A stretch of 23,594 nt of DNA, from IMG/VR virus record IMGVR_UViG_2563366837_000008, one strand, 5' to 3'. Position numbers and translations under genes: made by a program. Under the pieces are notes generated by a model. It did not search any database. It was not told where the DNA came from and saw nothing but the letters and a program-made list of their open reading frames with translations. This document shows, one piece after another, positions 15,619 through 22,280 of this stretch (position 1 is its first letter; each line of letters opens with the position of its first letter). This stretch comes from a virus. Lineage: Duplodnaviria > Heunggongvirae > Uroviricota > Caudoviricetes.

Positions 15619-15842
15619 TGTTGGTCTCCTGTGGGCTTGTCATCTTCTGTATTCGCTAGACTTGGGTGTGTATATGGAATGCTCGGATCCAGATGACAAA
15701 GAATGGCAACATCCTCCGGAACACCTCGCGTTTTCCACTTTCCAACACCTTGACTGCCACGAGGCCTTCCTTTCTTTGGGAACCTGCGACCAATAGCGGC
15801 ATTGGTTTTAAATTGAATTTTTAATATTTCATAAAGGGTCAT
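15615..15842 (-). CDS. Candidate small gene at the cro position, 75 aa, basic with AT-hook-like KKGRPRG segment; doubtful
   Basis: ORF whose TGA overlaps the ATG of the next gene (ATGA); begins about 110 bp from the cI start across the operator region; weak RBS and Gly/Pro/Arg-rich low-complexity tail argue against it. Confidence 0.25.
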   Translation of the reverse strand: MTLYEILKIQFKTNAAIGRRFPKKGRPRGSQGVGKWKTRGVPEDVAILCHLDPSIPYTHPSLANTEDDKPTGDQQ

Positions 15843-15953
15843 TCTTTAGTCTCACGCCAGATACTTTGTTATCCAACGATGTTAACCACAGGAACCCAAA
15901 GTATCAAGAAATTCTGTTACTTTAGTATCAACAGCCATGAGAGGAGAAGAAAA
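15843..15953. promoter_or_regulatory. OR-like divergent promoter/operator region between cI and the pR operon
   Basis: Two copies of an operator-like motif with core GTATCAA (15898..15908 and 15922..15932); on the - strand a TTGATA / 17 bp / TAACAT promoter-like arrangement overlaps them; strong GAGGAG RBS for cI. Confidence 0.5.
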
Positions 15954-16610
15954 ATGAAGTCTTTAGGTGAACGTCTCATCAACGCACGGCAAAAAGCTGG
16001 GTTAACACAAGATGCGTTGGCTAAAAAAGCTGGGGTCACCAGAGTTGCAATAAGTAAAGCCGAGCAAGGCCTTACAAAAAGTTTCAACGGTGACACCCTT
16101 TTTAAAGTTGCAGCTGCACTGCGGTGTTCACCGCAGTGGCTTCAGAACGGAGATGAAAAAGATAAGCATTGGGAAAATAATGTTAAGAGCTGCCCACAGA
16201 GAGACACAGCACACTCTTACCCTGTAATTAACTGGGTTCAGGCAGGATTATTCGCAACTTCTGGTGATGACTACAACATGTATGATCAGGATAATTGGAG
16301 GCATTCTGTAAAATACGCTGGTGAGAGGGGGTTCTGGCTGGAAGTGCACGGAGACTCAATGACTTCGCCCGTAGGAATAACATTTCCTGAAGGAATGTCG
16401 ATCCTTGTCAACCCAGATAAAGAAGTTTTTTCAGGGTGTTACGTCATCGCCAGAAAAAAATCTACCAATGAAGCAACATTCAAAAAATATATTTCTGACA
16501 TGGGAAAGGCGTTTCTAAAGCCCCTTAATCCACAATATCCAATCATAGAAATGGACAATGATTGCGAAATAGTAGGTGTTGTGGTTGATGCCAGGTGGGA
16601 TATTTTCTGA
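15954..16610 (+). CDS. cI: CI-type prophage repressor (N-terminal HTH_XRE + C-terminal S24 LexA-like autopeptidase), 218 aa
   Basis: HTH LTQDALAKKAGVTRVAISKAEQG; Ala-Gly cleavage-site candidate (VQAGLF); S24 Ser/Lys dyad context (HGDSMTSP, ATFKKY); GAGGAG RBS. The track ORF starts 25 codons upstream (15879), which I reject. Confidence 0.85.
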   Translation: MKSLGERLINARQKAGLTQDALAKKAGVTRVAISKAEQGLTKSFNGDTLFKVAAALRCSPQWLQNGDEKDKHWENNVKSCPQRDTAHSYPVINWVQAGLFATSGDDYNMYDQDNWRHSVKYAGERGFWLEVHGDSMTSPVGITFPEGMSILVNPDKEVFSGCYVIARKKSTNEATFKKYISDMGKAFLKPLNPQYPIIEMDNDCEIVGVVVDARWDIF

Positions 16611-16713
16611 CCAGACACAAAACACAAAAAGAAACCAAAGTATCAAAAATCACTTGCCACACCTTGATACCTTAGTTACCATAAAACAAAGTTCGTAACT
16701 GAGGTATCATCTC
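16611..16713 (+). promoter_or_regulatory. OL/pL-like operator-promoter region downstream of cI
   Basis: The same operator core recurs at 16638..16648 (AAAGTATCAAA), inverted at 16664..16674 (TTGATACCTTA), and partially at about 16702..16710; candidate promoter TTGCCA (16654..59) / 17 bp / TACCAT. Confidence 0.45.
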
Positions 16714-17217
16714 ATGATCAATAAAGCTACAACTCTTGACTGTCTCGAAGAACTGAAAAACCTCGGCAGCCTCATTACACTAATAGCAAAAGCAACACCT
16801 GATGCTACGCTCTCTAGCGATATAGAGTCATGCGCAGGACTGGCATGGGATATGACAAATAGCATATCCAGAAAGCTATCGTCAGCAATGCTTTTACAGA
16901 ACAAAAATTCTGCAATCAACAACCGTCTTTGCACCCAACGCGAAGCCTGCGGCTTAACAACCGCCGAACTCGCCAGGCTGCTCGATCTCGATGAAGAAAT
17001 TATCATCCAGTGGGAGAGCGGAGAGTATGAACCAACTATCAGTATGCTTATCCCACTGGCAAATATTCTTGGCTGCGATCCGATGTGGCTGTTAACTGGT
17101 GAGGTTACTCCTCCGGAGCAACCAAAAAGTGAGGAGCAGCAACACCATGACGCATCTCAACAAGTTTGCCCCTTATCTCGCGAAGCTCTTCTACGGAAGA
17201 ACCAATACCAATGGTGA
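16714..17217 (+). CDS. Hypothetical HTH_XRE-domain protein, 167 aa, first gene downstream of the pL-like promoter
   Basis: GAGGT RBS 9 nt upstream; HTH in the C-terminal half (LCTQREACGLTTAELARLLDLDEEIIIQWESGEYEPTISMLIPLANILGCDPMWLLTGE); no arginine-rich N-like motif; Gln-rich low-complexity tail. Confidence 0.6.
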   Translation: MINKATTLDCLEELKNLGSLITLIAKATPDATLSSDIESCAGLAWDMTNSISRKLSSAMLLQNKNSAINNRLCTQREACGLTTAELARLLDLDEEIIIQWESGEYEPTISMLIPLANILGCDPMWLLTGEVTPPEQPKSEEQQHHDASQQVCPLSREALLRKNQYQW

Positions 17218-17345
17218 CATAATCGCCGCTTCGCCCCTCAAGGTACATGCGAACATTTTTATCAATCATTGCGGAAACAGTCTCAATATGAAAACACTTC
17301 TGAGACTCGCTATATAGCAGAACATATAAGTCAGCTGAGGAAACC

Positions 17346-17711
17346 ATGAAAAAGTTCGAAAACATAACTGTTCTCCATGTTGATGACTTTGATTATACAA
17401 ACCCGGAACTTCTCCCGGAGGTTGTAAAGGCAATAGATGTTGCCGATATAGTGATTAGAGAAAAGAGAATTGTCAAAAACAGGCTCGTATGCACTTCAGG
17501 AGCAATGACAGAAACAACCTCACAGCAAGATAATTACGAAGGCATTTGCCTGGAGCCTGATTCATTTGCGGTAAATGTTTATCATTTATTGCATGCAACA
17601 CAGGTATTACATATGTCCAGTAATCACGAAACGAAAACACTCGGCAGCGAAATTCTGAGTTTTGCATGTGAGTATACAAAAGCTGCTGCCGAAAAAGAAT
17701 TAGCGCAATAA
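17346..17711 (+). CDS. Hypothetical protein, 121 aa
   Basis: Strong GAGGA RBS; acidic N-terminal region; no recognisable domain. Confidence 0.6.
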   Translation: MKKFENITVLHVDDFDYTNPELLPEVVKAIDVADIVIREKRIVKNRLVCTSGAMTETTSQQDNYEGICLEPDSFAVNVYHLLHATQVLHMSSNHETKTLGSEILSFACEYTKAAAEKELAQ

Positions 17712-17789
17712 CAACAAATATGCCCTGAACGTTTATTGCGGTTTTATCGCCGGGGATTGTTACAACCTTAAACCACAGGAGGCTTTATT

Positions 17790-17903
17790 GTGACTTTTAT
17801 AAAGAATATGGCATCACACAAGACCGCCTGCCTTATTGCACAATACGGTGAAAATTACATGCATATTGCCTGCTTATTTCTGCGTAAAGCATACGGGAGA
17901 TAA
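17790..17903 (+). CDS. Small ORF, 37 aa, GTG start (M/V-TFIKNMASHKTACLIAQYGENYMHIACLFLRKAYGR)
   Basis: Perfect AGGAGG Shine-Dalgarno 7 nt upstream of the GTG; stop is 2 nt from the next ATG; below track cutoff, hand-translated. Confidence 0.3.
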   Translation: MTFIKNMASHKTACLIAQYGENYMHIACLFLRKAYGR

Positions 17904-17905
17904 TA

Positions 17906-18088
17906 ATGCATCAGAAAACAGCAGAACACGAACAAACCAGAATATTGCTGACCATCAAAAACGGGAAAGTAATATTCATTCGCCATGTTCATGACGATGA
18001 ACTTGTAGGAACTCTTTCAACATTCCTGTTTATTGCAGAAAGGGCAGGATATGACGTTATTGCACCAGCAGATGAAGATGAGGAATAA
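17906..18088 (+). CDS. Hypothetical protein, 60 aa, acidic C-terminus
   Basis: GGGAGA RBS; 5 nt from the downstream gene. Confidence 0.5.
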   Translation: MHQKTAEHEQTRILLTIKNGKVIFIRHVHDDELVGTLSTFLFIAERAGYDVIAPADEDEE

Positions 18089-18093
18089 ATATC

Positions 18094-18675
18094 ATGCAAT
18101 ACGATGAATTCCAGGCTGAAGCAACAGCCAATGGTATACGAACTGGCAGTATGACGATTGATTATCACGACGCCATACGTCGTCTGGATGCCGGAGAATT
18201 CGATACTCCTAATGTGCGAGGTTTACGTATCCTTCAGTGTCTGGCGCAAGCCGACGAAGCAGGATTACTGGGTAAACTTCCGGTTGAGATGAAGGTTGCT
18301 CAGTGGCGATGGTTGTATGTGACGACATTCATCAACGAAGAAGAAGACAAGAACGGCACAATTGATATCCTGAATGAACACGGAACAATTGAACACGCCG
18401 TGGTATATAACGGGATGTATGGGTTTATGACGATATATCCCGGCCCCATTCGATTTGCCTTACAACAGTATATTGAATGGAATTTAATTCAAAAATACGG
18501 CGAAGCTGAAGGAATGGGAAGAGCGCTGTTTCTTTATCAGAAAATGCTCACTACTTCCCCTGATAAAGGTTTCATTCTTTCAGATATGGGTCGAGAAGGG
18601 CTTGAAATCCTTCTGGATGAAATTATTAACGAAATGAATACTCATGGCATGCAATCCGAAACAGATATTAAGTAA
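18094..18675 (+). CDS. Hypothetical protein, 193 aa
   Basis: GAGGAA RBS; globular-looking composition; no motif I can assign. Confidence 0.6.
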   Translation: MQYDEFQAEATANGIRTGSMTIDYHDAIRRLDAGEFDTPNVRGLRILQCLAQADEAGLLGKLPVEMKVAQWRWLYVTTFINEEEDKNGTIDILNEHGTIEHAVVYNGMYGFMTIYPGPIRFALQQYIEWNLIQKYGEAEGMGRALFLYQKMLTTSPDKGFILSDMGREGLEILLDEIINEMNTHGMQSETDIK

Positions 18676-18685
18676 AAGGGACCAC

Positions 18686-18934
18686 ATGACCGTTATCGAG
18701 TATATCCAGGAAAATCCAGATTGCAGTAGAGAAGATATATCCCTCGCACTTGGAAGAAGCGCAACTTCTATCAGTAATGAATTATCACGGTTATTGTGGA
18801 ATGGGTTAATAGTACGAACTGGAGAAAAAAACAAAACGATTCTGTACTGCGTAAACAATCTGCCGTTTGGATACAGCAATCCCCTAAGTGTTATGTTCAA
18901 CCAGTTACTTAAACAGGTAAGAAATGGCAACTGA
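18686..18934 (+). CDS. Hypothetical small winged-helix-like DNA-binding protein, 82 aa
   Basis: AAGGGA RBS; segment CSREDISLALGRSATSISNELSRLLWNGLIVRTGEKNKTILYCV suggests winged helix; the track ORF starts earlier (18644) at an alternative start. Confidence 0.5.
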   Translation: MTVIEYIQENPDCSREDISLALGRSATSISNELSRLLWNGLIVRTGEKNKTILYCVNNLPFGYSNPLSVMFNQLLKQVRNGN

Positions 18935-19241
18935 CTCACAACTAACCATAGAAACGGCCCTGAATGTCGGCCTGGCGCTCCTTGGTTATTTTTACATCGT
19001 GTTCTGCAGCGGACGGTGGCTGTCGCTGTTGTTCCTGAAAAAATGGAATAAACGCCGTAAGCAGGATGAACGCCAGAAGGCAATGAATGCGTTTTCCGAA
19101 GCCTTCGGAATTGACGGCATGGAACCAGGGGATCCAGCTCGCGCAATCAGCAGAGGGGGTGTAGTAATCCTTGTATATCGGAGTGAAGAGAAAAATGACG
19201 ATCACAAAACAACGAGTAGAAAAAATCATATATCGCCATGA
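18924..19241 (+). CDS. Hypothetical membrane protein, 105 aa, one predicted TM segment (LNVGLALLGYFYIVFCSG) followed by a basic stretch
   Basis: ORF overlapping the previous gene by 11 bp; hydrophobic segment followed by KKWNKRRKQDERQK. Confidence 0.5.
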   Translation: MATDSQLTIETALNVGLALLGYFYIVFCSGRWLSLLFLKKWNKRRKQDERQKAMNAFSEAFGIDGMEPGDPARAISRGGVVILVYRSEEKNDDHKTTSRKNHISP

Positions 19242-19509
19242 AATGGGACTGAACAGCGATGTCACTGCCGAAGAGGTTTATGACCTGGCTGTACTGGCGC
19301 TGAATTTATCAAATATCGCAAACCTGAAGCGATACGAGCTTGATATGGATGGTTGCGACTCGTGCGGTCAGGATTGTGGCGCAGATATGACTGAAGATCC
19401 TGATGGTGATTATGTCCTGTTTGATGACGTGGTTAAGTTGTTTGAATTTGATACAACCACTCAAAAGTTAGAAATCCCGGCAAAGGAGGCTGCCAGTGAG
19501 CAAGATTGA
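19195..19509 (+). CDS. Hypothetical acidic protein with CxxC motif, 104 aa from Met9 of the track ORF; start uncertain (alternative ATG at 19243)
   Basis: The track ORF (19171..19509) begins at a TTG; the ATG at 19195 follows GAAGAGAAAA; contains DGCDSCGQDCG. Confidence 0.45.
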   Translation: MTITKQRVEKIIYRHEMGLNSDVTAEEVYDLAVLALNLSNIANLKRYELDMDGCDSCGQDCGADMTEDPDGDYVLFDDVVKLFEFDTTTQKLEIPAKEAASEQD

Positions 19510-20182
19510 CTATCAGGCACTGCGCGAGGCGGCGGAACAGGCAACGCAAGATGAATGGGTAGCATATATTTTGCCGGGTCATAACGGCATTTATCCTGCG
19601 CGCACGTCTGAGGGTAGGCATTGCGGATACTTTATTGACTGGCCTGGCGTCTGTCAGGGGCGGGAGAGCATCAACATGAGCATCAGAACCTACGCAGTGA
19701 ATTGCAATGACGCATGGCTAAACACCGAAGGTGATGACATCTCCGGCTCATACGTTAAGTACAAAGACCATCAGGAAGTGGTTGCCGCTCTTGAGGCCAA
19801 GTGCGCGGCGCTGACAGCGGAGAATGCGGGAATAAAGTCTGCAATTCCAGAATCACGGGATATTGAGGATGACAATGACAATATGGATGACGTATCTCTC
19901 GCGGAAGACTTCGGGTTCAATCATGCAATAGAACGGATGAGGAGACAGATACCTGAAACGCCAACCACTGATGCTTTCCTGGCTGAAGTCCGGGCGCAGG
20001 GGGTGGATGCTGCTATAGAAGCTGCAAAAAATCTGGTGGCCCAAGAATATGAGTATAAGGATTTCAAAGCGGCGCAGAGTGATTGCTGTATGCACCCTGG
20101 TTCAGACCTGGTAGGGAAGGTTGAAATGACTGAGTGGTTAGTTGACTTTGCTGCCCAGCTTCGCAAAGGAGGCAACCAGTGA
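19496..20182 (+). CDS. Ea22-like (Ead/Ea22 family) protein, 228 aa, GTG start
   Basis: N-terminus MSKIDYQALREAAEQATQ typical of Ead/Ea22-like prophage proteins (from memory); AAGGAGG RBS; paralogous to the next gene. Confidence 0.6.
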   Translation: MSKIDYQALREAAEQATQDEWVAYILPGHNGIYPARTSEGRHCGYFIDWPGVCQGRESINMSIRTYAVNCNDAWLNTEGDDISGSYVKYKDHQEVVAALEAKCAALTAENAGIKSAIPESRDIEDDNDNMDDVSLAEDFGFNHAIERMRRQIPETPTTDAFLAEVRAQGVDAAIEAAKNLVAQEYEYKDFKAAQSDCCMHPGSDLVGKVEMTEWLVDFAAQLRKGGNQ

Positions 20183-20715
20183 GCGAAATTAATTACCAGT
20201 CACTGCGTGAGGTGGCGGAACGTGCAATTCCAGCAATGGAACGCCTGTTAATGTTGCCAGCTGATGATGATTTGTTAAGTGAACAGGAACTTAAAGATTA
20301 CGGTGTGGATATTGATGCGCTCAATGCCTTCAAATTTCTGACCGGACCAGAAACCGTGCTGGCACTACTGGATGAACGGGAAAGAAACCAGCAATACATC
20401 AAACGCCGCGACCAGGAGAACGAGGATATTGCGCTTACGGTTGGGAAGCTGCGCGTTGAGCTTGAAGCAGCAAAATCAAAACTCAACGAGCAGCGCGAGT
20501 ATTACGAGGGAGTTATCTCTGATGGGTGCAAGCGTATTGCTGAACTGGAAGCGCGGGAAGTTCAATTACCGACTCGCTACGACCTTCGATATGGACACCC
20601 GATAAATGCAGATGAGCGACAAGTCATGATACCTAAAGAAAATGGCAGTTGGCTTTACCTGATTGACCTAGAACACGCATTACGCGTCGCTGACATTCGT
20701 ATCAAAGGAGAGTGA
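20179..20715 (+). CDS. Ea22-like (Ead/Ea22 family) protein, second paralog, 178 aa, GTG start, coiled-coil
   Basis: N-terminus MSEINYQSLREVAERAIP; an identical AAGGAGG...CCAGTGAGC initiation context to the preceding paralog; 4-bp overlap with it. Confidence 0.6.
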   Translation: MSEINYQSLREVAERAIPAMERLLMLPADDDLLSEQELKDYGVDIDALNAFKFLTGPETVLALLDERERNQQYIKRRDQENEDIALTVGKLRVELEAAKSKLNEQREYYEGVISDGCKRIAELEAREVQLPTRYDLRYGHPINADERQVMIPKENGSWLYLIDLEHALRVADIRIKGE

Positions 20716-20716
20716 T

Positions 20717-20980
20717 ATGGCCACTTTAACAAAAAAAGAACGGGCATGGTTGAATGAATTACAGGACGTTCTTGATCGCTGTCCATCACCAAAAAAAATT
20801 GGTTTTTACACCATTGGCGATAAAACCATTTACCTGTATGACCTACGCCGCATGGATGAAATCATGGAGGCTCTTGATAATCGTTCGTCGATGGATTGGT
20901 GTGTTGCTGTCCATGATATGAATGCAGGGTTTGATGAAAAGATTTTGTTCCCCTCATCAGTTGAAAGCACTGCGGGTTAA
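20717..20980 (+). CDS. Hypothetical protein, 87 aa
   Basis: GGAGAG RBS; starts 2 nt after the preceding stop. Confidence 0.55.
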   Translation: MATLTKKERAWLNELQDVLDRCPSPKKIGFYTIGDKTIYLYDLRRMDEIMEALDNRSSMDWCVAVHDMNAGFDEKILFPSSVESTAG

Positions 20981-20990
20981 GGAGTAACAC

Positions 20991-21503
20991 ATGACCACTA
21001 TAACCAAAGAGCGACTGCTGACAATCAAGCAGTGGCGCGAAACATACGGACCGGGTAGCAACGTTGTGCTTCCAGCAGAAGAAGCGGAAGAGCTGGCACG
21101 GATTGCGCTGGCATCACTGGCAGCAGAGCCGGTGGCAAAGATTATAGCTCATTACCCATTAGGAGTTGACGTAGGCAAACAAAAATTCGTACAGGCCATT
21201 AGAGAGCTTCCTGACTTTGGCGGATATCTATTTGCCGCCCCTCCAGCGCCGATAGTGCCGGAAGAAATGTATTGGCAGGATGCGCCAGTTGAAGGCAGCA
21301 GCAAAGCGGCTGCATACGCTACAGGCTGGAACGATTGCCGCGAAGCCATGCTTCAGTCCGGAAACTTTCGGGAAAATAAAGATTCGTCAACCAATAATTT
21401 TCGGAAAATCCCGGAAGCGTCAACCAGCTCTCCGGTAACTCCGGATGGTTGGATAAGCTGTAGTGAGCGAATGCCGGACGACAGGCAGGAGGTGAATCAA
21501 TGA
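20991..21503 (+). CDS. Hypothetical prophage protein, 170 aa
   Basis: AAGGAG RBS; Ala/Pro-rich linker; its stop overlaps the start of a small downstream ORF (ATGA). Confidence 0.6.
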   Translation: MTTITKERLLTIKQWRETYGPGSNVVLPAEEAEELARIALASLAAEPVAKIIAHYPLGVDVGKQKFVQAIRELPDFGGYLFAAPPAPIVPEEMYWQDAPVEGSSKAAAYATGWNDCREAMLQSGNFRENKDSSTNNFRKIPEASTSSPVTPDGWISCSERMPDDRQEVNQ

Positions 21504-21583
21504 GCTGGCCTGATGCAATCGTAACTCTGGGGGTGGTCTTCGCAGCAGCGTTTGTTGTGTTCTCGATTTGTCGATGGGGATAA
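21500..21583 (+). CDS. Small hydrophobic peptide, 27 aa (MSWPDAIVTLGVVFAAAFVVFSICRWG), single TM helix
   Basis: AGGAGGTGA Shine-Dalgarno 5-6 nt upstream; ATGA overlap with the upstream gene; 4 nt from the next gene; hand-translated. Confidence 0.4.
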   Translation: MSWPDAIVTLGVVFAAAFVVFSICRWG

Positions 21584-21587
21584 CCAC

Positions 21588-21830
21588 ATGTTCGCTTTGA
21601 TTCAACGCGGTCAGATATACACGGACAGAGCCGGATACCCCGTGGTGATTACTCGCATCACTGAGCACTCAGTGTTCTTTCGACGGATGGACGGACGATC
21701 AGGGCGGGTACGCATTGGTGAGTTAAACTGCCTGTTCGAACATATTGACCACCAGGAGTACCGCAAAATTCTCGCGGACACTGAGCAGGAAAAGCACCTG
21801 AAAAAATTACGAGCCATAAAAAGGAAGTAA
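21588..21830 (+). CDS. Hypothetical small prophage protein, 80 aa
   Basis: GGGGA RBS; the track ORF (21552..21830) starts 12 codons upstream, without an RBS. Confidence 0.55.
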   Translation: MFALIQRGQIYTDRAGYPVVITRITEHSVFFRRMDGRSGRVRIGELNCLFEHIDHQEYRKILADTEQEKHLKKLRAIKRK

Positions 21831-21833
21831 AGA

Positions 21834-21980
21834 ATGAATAAAGCATTTGAACGATGGGTCCACCAGCGTTACGGCAATCGCTATGACCTGACGCGAGATG
21901 TTGACGGCTTCTACTGTCGTGAAGTTGTGAAGCGAATGTTTGAAGTGTGTTGCCACTGCCGTGGGCTGAGTGTTGTGTGA
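21834..21980 (+). CDS. Small Cys-rich ORF, 48 aa (MNKAFERWVHQRYGNRYDLTRDVDGFYCREVVKRMFEVCCHCRGLSVV), immediately upstream of xis
   Basis: AAGGAAG RBS; CxnCCHC cysteine cluster; hand-translated, below track cutoff. Confidence 0.35.
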   Translation: MNKAFERWVHQRYGNRYDLTRDVDGFYCREVVKRMFEVCCHCRGLSVV

Positions 21981-21988
21981 GGTAATAC

Positions 21989-22225
21989 ATGGGCAATGTG
22001 ATTCAACTGGCTCCCAATGAATGGGTTTGTGAAAGCGTTCTTATCGCAATTACCGGGCTCAAACCAGGCACAATTCTTCGGGCCCGGAAAGAATGCTGGA
22101 TGGTTGGAAGAGAGTATATTCACGTATCACCAGACGGTAATCCAAAGCCTTCCAGTGAATGTATGTATAACAGAAAAGCAATAGATGCCTGGGTCGCCTC
22201 AATGAAAAACAAACAACCCAGGTGA
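21989..22225 (+). CDS. xis: Excisionase (Xis, DUF1233-type), 78 aa
   Basis: MGNVIQLAPNEWVCESVLIAITGLKPGTILRARKECWMVGREYIHVSPDGNPKP... resembles lambdoid prophage excisionases from memory; GAGGT RBS; directly upstream of int. Confidence 0.75.
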   Translation: MGNVIQLAPNEWVCESVLIAITGLKPGTILRARKECWMVGREYIHVSPDGNPKPSSECMYNRKAIDAWVASMKNKQPR

Positions 22226-22280
22226 TTTAATATCATGAAATATGTAAGCTCGTATCGCTCTTGGGCGTCTGGAGGTATCG

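Noticed and set aside
18580-19265. Two - strand ORFs (188 and 107 aa) antisense to the pL-side operon
   Set aside because: They overlap several tightly packed + strand genes that have strong RBSs; composition is not protein-like.
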